Source: Candidatus Micrarchaeia archaeon (GTDB lineage Archaea; Micrarchaeota; Micrarchaeia; Anstonellales; Bilamarchaeaceae). From it: 64,000 nucleotides of DNA. The stretch covers positions 426 to 64,425 of the forward strand of contig JBKHJL010000001.1 of the NCBI GenBank assembly GCA_046538155.1, in the 5' to 3' direction. A program made the translations under genes and the position numbers. Positions 19,861-29,695 of this stretch are shown one piece after another (within the stretch, counting starts at the first letter, position 1; each line of letters opens with the position of its first letter). The notes under the pieces were generated by a model. It had not been told where the DNA came from. It did no database searches and was given only the letters and a program-made list of their open reading frames with translations.

Positions 19861-21510
19861 ATGAAAGCTTACATAGTAATCTCTTTGCTTGTTTTGGGAT
19901 TGCTGCTCGCAGGATGTCCCGGCCTTGGTGGAACCCCCACAGACCAGGAGTGCCCTGAAATCGAGCAGCCGGTTTGCGGTGCAGACGGCACAACTTATAC
20001 AAATCCGTGTTTTGCCCACAAGGCAGGAGTTAATGTAGCCCATGAGGGGCCCTGCACTGCCCCCCCTGCTGAAGAATGCTCGGACGGGGACGGAGGAAAG
20101 GATATTTTTGTTGCAGGAAGCGTCCTTGGGCCCGATGGAAATTACCAGGACGATTACTGTGTAAATCCCGGTACGGTAATGGAATATTACTGTGAAGAAG
20201 GTGAAGTTGCTTATGAAGAGCTTCCCTGCCCCGTAGGATATGTCTGCCTTAACGGGCTTTGCGAAGTTGCACCCTGCACAGATTCTGATGAGGGAATGAC
20301 ACCAGGAGAGCAGGGAACAGTAACTGCAGGGACGGAGGAAGAAACAGATTCCTGCGAAGATGAAACCACTGTAAAAGAGTTCATCTGCAGTGAAGGGGCA
20401 ATCAGTTTTGAACTGGTGGACTGCCCCCCCAGCCAGCATTGCGTTGAAGGCGCATGTGTAGAATATGAATGTGAGGATTCTGACGGAGGGGAAGACGAGC
20501 ACACCGCAGGCACAGTAACCAAAGGTGATGTTTCCCAGGAAGATGCCTGCTATAACCCCACTACAGTAAAAGAGTATTACTGTGAGGACGGGCTCGTAAA
20601 GAGCAAGAACATCCAGTGCGGAAGCGATGAGCACTGCGAGGATGGTGCATGCGTTGAAAATCCCTCCTGCTCAGACAGTGACGGAGGAAAGGACCGCTAT
20701 ACCCGGGGCACAACCACCCTTGATGACACCAGCCACACAGATACCTGCTACAGCACCGAGAGCGTGATAGAATATTACTGTGAGGATGGCGAGATACAGA
20801 ACGTAAAACTCGTGTGCGGAATCGGCTACGAGTGCTCAGGCGGAAAATGCGTTGAGGAGGAATGTGAAGAGGAAGATTTTGCAAGCGACCCCCAGAGATA
20901 CCGCATATATCATGATGATGAAGTCAAGCTTTTCGGGGGAGAGTTAATTGAACTTGAAGAGGAAAGCAACAAATTCCTGCTTGAGCTAAAGGATGTGCCC
21001 GATAATGAAAGCGCAATTTTTGCCCTCTATGAAAGTTATGGCGACTACCTGGACAACGATGATATCTGCGATAATAGGAAAGTTGAACTAGGAAACACCA
21101 GCCAGGATATTTGCGGAGAAGATGCAGACCTGGACCTTGAAGTAGTCAATGATTCCGATAATTTTGTGGAGATAAAAACAGGAAACGACTTCAACTTTGT
21201 CCAGTACCGCGTCCTTGAAGGGACAACCTATGATGGAAGCGGTTGCCCTGATGATGTTATAGAAAAGGAAACCTCCCATTTCTATCCATACCTTGATGAA
21301 GACAGGGAAGGAGACACCATAAAAGTCCTGAATGAAGAGGCAGAGATAGTTTCCATCTCCCTTGAAGATGAAGAGATTACAATAGAGCTTGACGGAGATG
21401 AGATTGATCTTGAGGACGGGAGCACCTTTGAATGCAATGACAACGATTATGAAGTGGACATTGATTTCGAAGATGAAGGCATTTCCGAATTAGTGGTGGA
21501 GAAGGACTGA
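19861..21510 (+). CDS. Cys-rich surface lipoprotein with a Kazal-like domain and four CxDSDGG repeats
   Basis: Lipobox LLAGC, PVCGADGTTYTNPC, repeats CxDxDxG...EYYC; acidic C-terminus. Confidence 0.85.
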   Translation: MKAYIVISLLVLGLLLAGCPGLGGTPTDQECPEIEQPVCGADGTTYTNPCFAHKAGVNVAHEGPCTAPPAEECSDGDGGKDIFVAGSVLGPDGNYQDDYCVNPGTVMEYYCEEGEVAYEELPCPVGYVCLNGLCEVAPCTDSDEGMTPGEQGTVTAGTEEETDSCEDETTVKEFICSEGAISFELVDCPPSQHCVEGACVEYECEDSDGGEDEHTAGTVTKGDVSQEDACYNPTTVKEYYCEDGLVKSKNIQCGSDEHCEDGACVENPSCSDSDGGKDRYTRGTTTLDDTSHTDTCYSTESVIEYYCEDGEIQNVKLVCGIGYECSGGKCVEEECEEEDFASDPQRYRIYHDDEVKLFGGELIELEEESNKFLLELKDVPDNESAIFALYESYGDYLDNDDICDNRKVELGNTSQDICGEDADLDLEVVNDSDNFVEIKTGNDFNFVQYRVLEGTTYDGSGCPDDVIEKETSHFYPYLDEDREGDTIKVLNEEAEIVSISLEDEEITIELDGDEIDLEDGSTFECNDNDYEVDIDFEDEGISELVVEKD

Positions 21511-21523
21511 GCTCCTCTCCCCT

Positions 21524-22585
21524 TTATCTTCCTTTTTCAAGCATTTCCCCTATTCTACCTATAAAGTAAGAATAGGATATCCATTTTTCCCCAGAGTCTA
21601 TATGAATGTCTTCTCCATCTATATAGACTTCAACGAATCCCCAGCCTTCAACCAGGTAATTTTCGTCCTCCCAGTAGACCTCCCCAATATATGAGCCTTC
21701 CTGGGGCTCAAACAGTTTTTCCCCGGAAACAAGTGCGCAGTGCCCATAACCGGAAGTAACCGGAAAGCAGGCAACCTCCACATCTTCCACGTCCGCATAA
21801 ACTTTTTCATTTGAATAATAGTATACAACCCCGTCATCCTCATAAACTTCCATGTATCCGCTTTTGGAAAAATCCACAAGTGCAAGCTCATCAATTCCTT
21901 CTTCCCTCTCCAGCTCGTTTATGATTGCCTTAACGAATATGGACCAGTCCTCGCAGTCCCCTCCTTCATCCGCCTCAAATTCTTCCAGGGATTTTATGTA
22001 GTCCTTCCCCTCGCTTTTGTAGGAAAAACCCTGCTCCTCAAGCATAATGGAAACACAGGGCATGTTCAGGGTGTCCCCTTCCACGCACTTTGTTTCAATA
22101 TGGGAAAGGAAGCCCCTGGTTTCTCCCCCAAAATCAGCATTCTCGGTGTACCAGTACATCTTTTCTTCCAGCTCTGCCTCAAAGTCTTCCATCTCTCCAA
22201 GAAGGGACTCGTATTCACCACTTTTCTGCTCGTATTCTTCCTGCAGGCTTATGTATTTCTCCTGAAACTGCTCAAATTCATCTTCAACTGCCCCCACTCT
22301 CTCCTTTGTGGCATTAAGTTCAGCACCAAGCCCGGAAAACCCTTCTTCCATTTCATTTTCCAGCCGGGAATCCGCATACTCAAGCTGGCTCTTTATGCTG
22401 GATAAGCGGGCATCCTGGGCTTCAAGTTCCCCTTCTGCTTCCTCCAGCCGGGATTCAGCAGCCTCAAGCTCCACACGAAGGCCGGAGTTCTCTTGTTTCA
22501 GCTTCTCAATCTGGGCAAGGTTGTAAATACAGAACAAAAGCAGAAAAAAACAGAATACAGCAGAAACCACCCAGCCCTTTTCCAT
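21524..22585 (-). CDS. Membrane-anchored coiled-coil protein with a transglutaminase-like C-terminal domain
   Basis: N-terminal TM, coiled coil, GGDCEDWS and GHC motifs, FEPQ. Confidence 0.7.
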   Translation of the reverse strand: MEKGWVVSAVFCFFLLLFCIYNLAQIEKLKQENSGLRVELEAAESRLEEAEGELEAQDARLSSIKSQLEYADSRLENEMEEGFSGLGAELNATKERVGAVEDEFEQFQEKYISLQEEYEQKSGEYESLLGEMEDFEAELEEKMYWYTENADFGGETRGFLSHIETKCVEGDTLNMPCVSIMLEEQGFSYKSEGKDYIKSLEEFEADEGGDCEDWSIFVKAIINELEREEGIDELALVDFSKSGYMEVYEDDGVVYYYSNEKVYADVEDVEVACFPVTSGYGHCALVSGEKLFEPQEGSYIGEVYWEDENYLVEGWGFVEVYIDGEDIHIDSGEKWISYSYFIGRIGEMLEKGR

Positions 22586-22621
22586 GCGTTGATGTTTTGC
22601 TTTAACAATTAAATATGTTTT

Positions 22622-23113
22622 CTATTCCTGCTTCCTCGCCTTGCTCCTCGCATCATCTACAGAAGCAAGCCAGGAATCCCCTATTTTCATGAAATAGTTC
22701 CCAAATGTCTTGCTCAGGGAAACCTTCATCGGCCGGTATTTCCTCATGCTCTCCCTGGCCACGATGGTTTCCCTCTCAACCTTAATCATCCCCACCCTCT
22801 TCAGCCGGGGGAGCACCCGGTTGTAAAAGGTTGCTTTTGAAATTCCCTTTTCAGAAAGAAATTTGCCTATATCCCCCCCGTCCATGTTGAGTTTTTCCGA
22901 AAGCTCCCGAATGAATTCCAGGGCAATCTCATAATATTTGGGCTGGTATCTTTTTGAAAACACAAAATTAACTATCTCTTCCAGGCTCCAGAGGTTCCTT
23001 GTGGGATTCTCGGAATTGTCCTGGAAACTGCGCAGCTCAGGGCTGTTGTATGGGGGGAGGTAAATGGATTCCGAAGAAGGAACGCCCCGGGGTATCCTTT
23101 TTTCTCCCGCCAT
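22622..23113 (-). CDS. Hypothetical winged-helix-like DNA-binding protein
   Basis: GISKATFYNRVLPRLKRVGMIKVER; start taken at MAGEKRIP, just after the upstream gene's stop. Confidence 0.65.
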   Translation of the reverse strand: MAGEKRIPRGVPSSESIYLPPYNSPELRSFQDNSENPTRNLWSLEEIVNFVFSKRYQPKYYEIALEFIRELSEKLNMDGGDIGKFLSEKGISKATFYNRVLPRLKRVGMIKVERETIVARESMRKYRPMKVSLSKTFGNYFMKIGDSWLASVDDARSKARKQE

Positions 23114-23117
23114 CACA

Positions 23118-23426
23118 TCATCCGAATATGTCGCCCATTCCGCTTGCCGCCTTTTCTTCCTCCTCGGCAATAATTTCAATTATCTTTTTTTCCGTATCCT
23201 CAGGAACTTCTGTTTTGAGTTCCCCAAGCTTCCCCCCTGCACCTTCTACTTTTTCATCTTCCCCGGAAACATAGAGATAAAGCATATCCTCCTTTCCCCC
23301 AACCTGGGCCCCCTCTTTAAGCTTGTAGCCCATCATTGCAAAGCTCCCTTTTTCATAAGGGTCTTTTTCCAGGATTTCCAGGAGTTCTTTTTTTCTCTCA
23401 AGCGGTATTCCAAACACTTTTTTCAT
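23118..23426 (-). CDS. Small acidic hypothetical protein
   Basis: MKKVFG...AASGMGDIFG, operon-like spacing with its neighbours. Confidence 0.7.
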   Translation of the reverse strand: MKKVFGIPLERKKELLEILEKDPYEKGSFAMMGYKLKEGAQVGGKEDMLYLYVSGEDEKVEGAGGKLGELKTEVPEDTEKKIIEIIAEEEEKAASGMGDIFG

Positions 23427-23430
23427 CGTA

Positions 23431-24138
23431 TCATTCCTCTTTTTTGTGGTGGTGCACATGGGGCATGTATTTCCCATCTTCGTTCAGGAACCCCATATTC
23501 CACTTCAGCATCTGTGCAATGAATTCCAGAACGCTGTGCAGGCTTATATATGTTAGTGATATCCCTGCGGCAAATATTGCCCTTTCCACCAGTACCACAG
23601 GAATCAGTGCCCACCATGCCTCTGCCGGTATGCTTATGGTATAGAGGAAGGCAATCGAGCCAACAACATGCGCCTGGAAAGTCGCACCAAGGCTTTTCAA
23701 AAACAAGTGCCTTTCTGCAAACACTGTTGCAACAACCGGAATCAGCCACAGCAGGGCATAGCCCCACGCCTCCCTTCCTATCGGGTGCATCCAGAAAAGT
23801 GCCATTCCCAGCAGGGGGAGGACAATTCCGAATCTCTTGTCTTTTTTTACAACCCCGAAATAATATGCCGCGGCCAGCATAGGCAGGAACCTCAGGACAT
23901 TGAATGTACTGAGGCTGAATTCATTCAGCAGCATTTTCTGGACAACCTCTACACCCAGTATGGATACAACAGCCAGCAGGGGGTGGACAAATCCTGCCCC
24001 CACCGGGCCGATGAACTGGAAAAGGCTGAAGCTCTGGTCTTCTGCCCCAACCACATAATTAACATCTATGTTGTAGAACAGCAACGAAAGTCCGGAAAAA
24101 AGAAGCAGGAATATGCCTAATTTAATTTTTTTGTCCAT
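23431..24138 (-). CDS. Integral membrane protein (possible ECF S-component-like transporter)
   Basis: About 7 hydrophobic segments, His-rich C-terminus; start taken at MDKKIK. Confidence 0.6.
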   Translation of the reverse strand: MDKKIKLGIFLLLFSGLSLLFYNIDVNYVVGAEDQSFSLFQFIGPVGAGFVHPLLAVVSILGVEVVQKMLLNEFSLSTFNVLRFLPMLAAAYYFGVVKKDKRFGIVLPLLGMALFWMHPIGREAWGYALLWLIPVVATVFAERHLFLKSLGATFQAHVVGSIAFLYTISIPAEAWWALIPVVLVERAIFAAGISLTYISLHSVLEFIAQMLKWNMGFLNEDGKYMPHVHHHKKEE

Positions 24139-24200
24139 ACTCAAAACCAACACTATACAATTACATAAGTTATTAAAAAACTTAATCCCCAGCAGTTTAT

Positions 24201-24839
24201 ATGGCTGCCTCACTTTCCGATGTCCTGGTGGATCTCAAGGTTTCTCCTGTTTCCGTAAAGGTTAGAGAACGTATAGAGGGCTTCAAGCTCCTCAACACCC
24301 TCCCCGAAGACGAATGGTTTTCAGAATTGTGCTTCTGCCTGCTTACTGCAAACAGCTCTGCTGAAAAGGGCATGGAGGTGCAGACAAAAATCGGGGACGG
24401 TTTCCTCACTCTCCCGGAAAAAGAGCTTTCCAGGGCACTGAAAAAGCTCGGCTACCGCTTTTTCAACAAGCGTGCCGAGTACATAGTTGGGGCCCGTGCC
24501 CATTACAAAGGGCTTAAGAAAAAGATACAGGAGCTGGCAAAAAAGGATACCCGCAAGGCAAGGGAGTGGCTTGTGGCCAACATAAAGGGGCTTGGCTACA
24601 AGGAGGCATCCCATTTTCTCCGCAATGTGGGCTACACGGATGTTGCAATCCTTGACAGGCATATTCTCAGGATTATGCACGAAAACGGCCTAATCCCCGA
24701 GTTCCCCAAAAGCCTCAACCGTGTAAAGTATCTTACTTATGAGAATACCCTGCGCCTGCTTGCTGCCAGGCTGAAGTTCTCACTCGGAGCCCTGGACCTT
24801 TATCTGTGGTACACAAAAACCGGTAGGGTTTTGAAGTAG
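24201..24839 (+). CDS. ogg: 8-oxoguanine N-glycosylase/DNA lyase
   Basis: ELCFCLLTANSSA, KGLGYKEASHFLRNVG, ILDRH, LDLYLWY..TG.VLK. Confidence 0.95.
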   Translation: MAASLSDVLVDLKVSPVSVKVRERIEGFKLLNTLPEDEWFSELCFCLLTANSSAEKGMEVQTKIGDGFLTLPEKELSRALKKLGYRFFNKRAEYIVGARAHYKGLKKKIQELAKKDTRKAREWLVANIKGLGYKEASHFLRNVGYTDVAILDRHILRIMHENGLIPEFPKSLNRVKYLTYENTLRLLAARLKFSLGALDLYLWYTKTGRVLK

Positions 24840-24855
24840 GTTTAAATAGTTAATC

Positions 24856-26040
24856 GTGGTAATGTATAGGATTATGGGTAATAACTCATATGCATTGCAA
24901 ACCGCAGATATCTGCTTTCCTGCAGCAAAACCATTTTCCCATTCTGAAAAAAATGCGGAGGCCATAATGGATTCCCGTGTTTCTGCAGAATATCGGGGCA
25001 TGGGGATAAACCATTTCCTGGATTCAAAAATAGAAGAGGGGTATTCCCAGGGTTGCCTGCTTGATACGGTAGATGCACTTCACAGTGCAGGAGTGCATGC
25101 ACCACCCCATCTCGTGGACGCGCTTTACAACTCTTTTATGAACAGCGATTACCCGGATGTTCTTGTTTTTTTCGGTTCGGGCCGCGAAAACGAATTTACT
25201 CTGCAAGAGATGTCCATGATTTCAAATGCTTTCAATCGCAGCTACAGTTTTCGCCGGGAGAATGAAGGGCCTCCGCTCAGGATAGACATCCTCCCGGGAA
25301 TTCCCCTCAGCCGGACCAGAAAAGCAATGCAGGATTCCCTTTCAGGAGTTTATCTTGACCTGAATTCCCGCGGCTTCCGCCCGGTGGTGGATTTCAGCCC
25401 ACTTTTTCAGGATTTCCATCCGGGCCAGGTTCATGAGGATGTTTTCCGGATGCTTGAAGAGCATCGGGCAATACTGGTCGCATCCACTGGCCTTTCCAGG
25501 GAAGGCCCGGTCGTACTCCCCGACGGGACACCGGATGTGGATGCCGCAGATCCCCTGCTTTTGCTTAAAGTTGCCGGGAACTACCCCAAACTGGACATTG
25601 TCCTCTCGGGTTTTGGCTCTCCGGACTCCCTTGCAAATGCATATTGGAGAGAAAGAGGAGCAGAGATAAAGCATTTTGAGCATGCATTTTTCCTGATAGA
25701 TGAGTTTCCGAATGTTTATGCAGACATAAGCGGCAACCTGCACAAGGTTGCTACTCCTTCCAGGTATTCTGAAGCCACAGGAAAAGACAGAGAGTCAGGG
25801 GAGGTATTCTACCGCTCGCGCTGGGCGCTTGAAAAACTCAGGGAAAATATTGACAGGTCAACAAGGGCCAGAGGATTCCTTAAAATCCGAAATAAATTAG
25901 TGTATGGGAGCGGTTATCCTGTCACTACTTCCTCAGAACTCAAAAAGCACATCAGGATACTTGGAGAGAAAACCAACCCTTTTGGCTCGAATCCAATAAC
26001 TCCGGCTTATCGCACCCTGCGCCTGCTCAGGAAAAAATAA
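24856..26040 (+). CDS. Degenerate amidohydrolase-2-like TIM barrel protein
   Basis: FPNVYADISG and KLVYGSGYP resemble amidohydrolase_2, but the metal ligands are missing; true start uncertain. Confidence 0.55.
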   Translation: MVMYRIMGNNSYALQTADICFPAAKPFSHSEKNAEAIMDSRVSAEYRGMGINHFLDSKIEEGYSQGCLLDTVDALHSAGVHAPPHLVDALYNSFMNSDYPDVLVFFGSGRENEFTLQEMSMISNAFNRSYSFRRENEGPPLRIDILPGIPLSRTRKAMQDSLSGVYLDLNSRGFRPVVDFSPLFQDFHPGQVHEDVFRMLEEHRAILVASTGLSREGPVVLPDGTPDVDAADPLLLLKVAGNYPKLDIVLSGFGSPDSLANAYWRERGAEIKHFEHAFFLIDEFPNVYADISGNLHKVATPSRYSEATGKDRESGEVFYRSRWALEKLRENIDRSTRARGFLKIRNKLVYGSGYPVTTSSELKKHIRILGEKTNPFGSNPITPAYRTLRLLRKK

Positions 26041-26283
26041 AATGTTTAAAAACATTTTCCTCCATGAATTACAAAAACAGGTAATAGCTATGTGCTGCGC
26101 AAGGCAAAATAAGTGTGAAGTTTCCCCTGCCTGCAGCAGGTTTGCCGTGTTCTTCTTTTTTGGGGCATAGGCCCCGCTACAACAAAAATATCCCAGAATA
26201 AAAAAAATACCCATTTGCTTGATTTTTTGATATGTGTTTCCGGGGTTTCCCCGGATGTACAAAAACAGTAAAAAGGTGAAAAA

Positions 26284-26829
26284 ATGAAAAAACTTGAAAA
26301 CGCTAAACCGATGCACCCCCGGGGTGCAGGAAAAGGGCCAAACCCCATCCGGGACAAATCAGGGATGGGGGGACAGGAAGGCCTGCGCAGGAGCCACGCC
26401 GTATCTGCAATTAAGAGGGTGCTTGCCGCTTCAAAGGCGCTGCCCTCTGTGCAGAATTGCAGGGTTAATGAGCATAGCATGCTTACGGACAGGCTTTCCA
26501 TGCTCCTTGCCCGGGCCGGTGAATCCCCTGCAGAATCCGATGCTCCGGCTGCGGACAGGAAATCGCTTCTTAAAAGGACAATCAGGGCAGTAGATGCACT
26601 GCTTAGCCAGGACCCTGAAAAAACCGGGCTTTCCCGGGAGGATTCAGCTGCCCTGGCCACTCTTGGGCTTGAACTGCAAAGAAGCATTGATGCAAGTGAG
26701 TATGTAGCATGGCTTTCCAAAACCGAGCCCGCGCACATACCCCCTGAAACCGGGATGGAAGTCCCTCATGACCTGGAAGAATGGGGCAAAGGTGCAGGAA
26801 AGGGCCCGCTGGTCGGACGCGGCGTCTGA
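26284..26829 (+). CDS. Hypothetical protein
   Basis: 181 aa ORF preceded by AAGGTGA SD-like motif and followed by a T-rich tract. Confidence 0.55.
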   Translation: MKKLENAKPMHPRGAGKGPNPIRDKSGMGGQEGLRRSHAVSAIKRVLAASKALPSVQNCRVNEHSMLTDRLSMLLARAGESPAESDAPAADRKSLLKRTIRAVDALLSQDPEKTGLSREDSAALATLGLELQRSIDASEYVAWLSKTEPAHIPPETGMEVPHDLEEWGKGAGKGPLVGRGV

Positions 26830-26915
26830 CCTCTTTTTTTCTTTTTTAAATTTTCCGTGTTTCAACCGCAACGGCTGTGTTTTTGCACCTATCGTCGTAA
26901 AACGTTTCCTTTATA

Positions 26916-26963
26916 ATACAAATTGTTGTATATGTCATGTTCTCCCAACACAATATGTTGTGT
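26916..26963. promoter_or_regulatory. Tandem NrdR boxes
   Basis: ATACAAATTGTTGTAT (26916-26931) and ACACAATATGTTGTGT (26948-26963), starts 32 bp apart, upstream of nrdR-nrdD-nrdG. Confidence 0.8.
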
Positions 26964-27020
26964 TTCTTCAGCCCGCTGTTATACAGCAGGAAAGGAGCAG
27001 GGAAAACGAGGCTGCTGGAT

Positions 27021-27485
27021 ATGAAATGCCCCTATTGTTCCAATATTGAAACAAAAGTTGTTGATTCCCGCCAGGTTGAGTCCAGAATACGGAGGAGGAG
27101 GGAATGCGGGAAATGCGGAAAAAGGTTCACAACATTCGAGAGGGTTGAGCTTGTAGAGCTTTATGTGATAAAGAAAAACGGGGCGCGCCAGCCGTTCAAT
27201 TCCGAAAAGCTCCGCATGAGCATCGGCAAGGCATGCGAAAAGAGGCCAATAGGGCTCTCAAAAATAGAGGAGATGGTGGACCAGGTGGAGTCCAGGTTAA
27301 GGAAGGAGGAATCCATTGAGATAAAGAGTTCCAAAATCGGCAACATCGTAATGCAGAAGCTCAGGAGGGCAGACCCGGTGGCATATATCCGGTTTGCATC
27401 TGTTTACCGGGATTTCGGGGACCTGGAAGCATTTGAGGAAACAATAGAGAAACTGAAGAAGGGTGGCAATTATGGAAGAAAATAA
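27021..27485 (+). CDS. nrdR: Transcriptional repressor NrdR
   Basis: MKCPYC, VVDSR, IRRRREC..C..RFTTFE, ATP cone, VAYIRFASVY. Confidence 0.96.
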   Translation: MKCPYCSNIETKVVDSRQVESRIRRRRECGKCGKRFTTFERVELVELYVIKKNGARQPFNSEKLRMSIGKACEKRPIGLSKIEEMVDQVESRLRKEESIEIKSSKIGNIVMQKLRRADPVAYIRFASVYRDFGDLEAFEETIEKLKKGGNYGRK

Positions 27486-29532
27486 TATCTACCAGATACT
27501 GAAGAGAGATGGTACGGTAGTCTTGTTTGACCGCAGCAGGATAAGGGATGCGGTCTGGAAGGCATTCCGGGTTACCGGAGAAGGGGACAAAGACAGGGCA
27601 GAGAACCTTACAGACCAGGTAGTGAGCCTGCTAAACAATAAGTTCAGGGAAAAGCCACCTTCGGTTGAGCAAATCCAAGACGTTGTTGAAGATGCCCTGA
27701 TACTCAATAAGTACCTGAAAACAGCAAAAGCCTACATTCTCTACCGCAGCCAGCATTCCCAGATGAGGGACCTTGGCCACCTTATGCGGAACGTGGAAAT
27801 AATAGATGGTTATCTTGAAAACAGCGACTGGAGGATAAAGGAAAATGCCAACATGGCATACTCCCTTCAGGGGCTCAACACCCACATTTCCAGCATAATA
27901 ATTTCCCAATACTGGATGAACAAAATATACTCTCCTGTGCTTGCAGAAGCCCACAAAAACGGGGACCTTCATGTCCATGATCTCAATACCCTGGGCGCAT
28001 ATTGTGTTGGCTGGGATATCCAGGACCTCCTTCTCAGTGGGTTCACTGGGGTGCGCGGCAAGATAGAAAGCAAGCCCCCGAAGCATTTCCGCACCGCCCT
28101 TGGGCAGATTGTAAATTACATTTACACCCTCCAGGGTGAAACTGCAGGTGCACAGGCGTTCTCCAATTTTGACACATATCTTGCTCCATTCATCCGCTAT
28201 GACAATCTTGGTTATGAAGAGGTAAAACAGGCAATGCAGGAATTCCTCTTCAACATGAATGTCCCGACCAGAGTAGGCTTCCAGACTCCTTTCAGCAACA
28301 TCACCATGGATCTTAATCCCCCTGGTTTCCTCAGGGACCAGGCAGTGATAAAGGGGGGAAAGCCGATGAAAGAAACATACGGGGAGTTCCAGGAGGAGAT
28401 GGACCTGCTGAATAAGGTGTTTACTGAAGTAATGTGCAAGGGTGATGCTTCAGGCCGCCCCTTCACCTTCCCCATACCTACCTATAATATAACAAGCGAT
28501 TTTGACTGGGAGTCTGATACTGCAAAAGGGATTTTTGAGATGACTGCAAAATACGGAATCCCCTACTTCTCAAATTTTATAAACAGCGACATGAGTCCGG
28601 ATGATGCCCGCTCAATGTGCTGCAGGCTCCGCCTGGACAACCGTGAGCTGAAAAAGAGAGGTGGAGGGCTTTTCGGTGCAAATCCCCTGACTGGTTCAAT
28701 AGGTGTGGTCACCATCAATCTCCCCCGTATCGGGTACCTCTCAAAAGATGAAGAACAGTATTTCCAGAAGCTCTCTGAGCTGATGGACCTTGCTTTCCAG
28801 AGCCTTGAAGCCAAGAGGAAGGTGCTGGAGATGTTTACAGAGCGCGGTCTCTATCCGTATACAAAATTCTATCTCCGCAACATAAAGGAATCAAATGGAA
28901 AGTACTGGAAGAATCATTTTGGAACAATAGGGCTTATCGGGATGAATGAGTCCGTAGTGAATTTCCTTGGCGCAGACCTTCTGAGCGGGGAAGGCAGGAA
29001 ATTTTCCGAGAGGGTGCTTGATTTTATGCGCGACAAGCTTGCGGATTATCAGCAGAGCACCGGAAATGTATATAACCTGGAGGCAACTCCCGGGGAAGGC
29101 ACAACTTACCGGCTTGCCCGCCTTGACAAGGTCCGCTACCCAGATATAGTTGTAGCGAACGAGAATGCATACAGGGAAACCAATGCTCCGGCATACTATA
29201 CGAATTCATCCCAGCTGCATGTTGCCTCCCGTATAGACCTGTTTGACGCACTGGAGATCCAGGACAGTCTTCAGACAAAGTATACGGGCGGAACAGTTTT
29301 CCATTCTTTCCTCGGAGAGCGCATTTATGACTGGAAGGCTGCCGCAAAACTCGTAAGGACAATAGCAGAGAATTTCCGACTTCCCTATTTCACACTTACC
29401 CCTACTTTCAGTATCTGCCCGGTCCATGGCTATATTCCCGGAGAGCACAAGTATTGTCCGAAGTGCGATGAGGAGATTGGCTATGCAGGGGCAGTGCGGA
29501 TGAAAGCAAAAGCTGGTGGTTCGAATGGATGA
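27472..29532 (+). CDS. nrdD: Anaerobic (class III) ribonucleoside-triphosphate reductase, large part
   Basis: N-terminal ATP cone, YCVGW, RSMCCRL, NLEATPGE, YTGGT, CPVHG..CPKC; lacks the glycyl-radical loop. Confidence 0.93.
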   Translation: MEENNIYQILKRDGTVVLFDRSRIRDAVWKAFRVTGEGDKDRAENLTDQVVSLLNNKFREKPPSVEQIQDVVEDALILNKYLKTAKAYILYRSQHSQMRDLGHLMRNVEIIDGYLENSDWRIKENANMAYSLQGLNTHISSIIISQYWMNKIYSPVLAEAHKNGDLHVHDLNTLGAYCVGWDIQDLLLSGFTGVRGKIESKPPKHFRTALGQIVNYIYTLQGETAGAQAFSNFDTYLAPFIRYDNLGYEEVKQAMQEFLFNMNVPTRVGFQTPFSNITMDLNPPGFLRDQAVIKGGKPMKETYGEFQEEMDLLNKVFTEVMCKGDASGRPFTFPIPTYNITSDFDWESDTAKGIFEMTAKYGIPYFSNFINSDMSPDDARSMCCRLRLDNRELKKRGGGLFGANPLTGSIGVVTINLPRIGYLSKDEEQYFQKLSELMDLAFQSLEAKRKVLEMFTERGLYPYTKFYLRNIKESNGKYWKNHFGTIGLIGMNESVVNFLGADLLSGEGRKFSERVLDFMRDKLADYQQSTGNVYNLEATPGEGTTYRLARLDKVRYPDIVVANENAYRETNAPAYYTNSSQLHVASRIDLFDALEIQDSLQTKYTGGTVFHSFLGERIYDWKAAAKLVRTIAENFRLPYFTLTPTFSICPVHGYIPGEHKYCPKCDEEIGYAGAVRMKAKAGGSNG

Positions 29533-29689
29533 AGAAAGGATAAAAGAACTGGAAAAGAAAAGGGTTCCCTGCGAGGTATATTCCAGGGTGGTGGGCTACA
29601 TAAGGCCCGTTTCCCAGTGGAATGAGGGAAAACAGGAGGAGTTTTCCGAAAGGCATCTGTTTTCCTCTTCCGAACAGAGCAAGAGGTAA
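29525..29689 (+). CDS. NrdD C-terminal glycyl-radical domain encoded as a separate 54 aa protein
   Basis: Translated by hand: MDEERIKELEKKRVPCEVYSRVVGYIRPVSQWNEGKQEEFSERHLF...; absent from the ORF track. Confidence 0.9.
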   Translation: MDEERIKELEKKRVPCEVYSRVVGYIRPVSQWNEGKQEEFSERHLFSSSEQSKR

Positions 29690-29695
29690 CTGTAA

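Noticed and set aside
26100..26260. Short GC hairpins in the intergenic region
   Set aside because: Isolated 5-6 bp stems with no recognisable family or repeat
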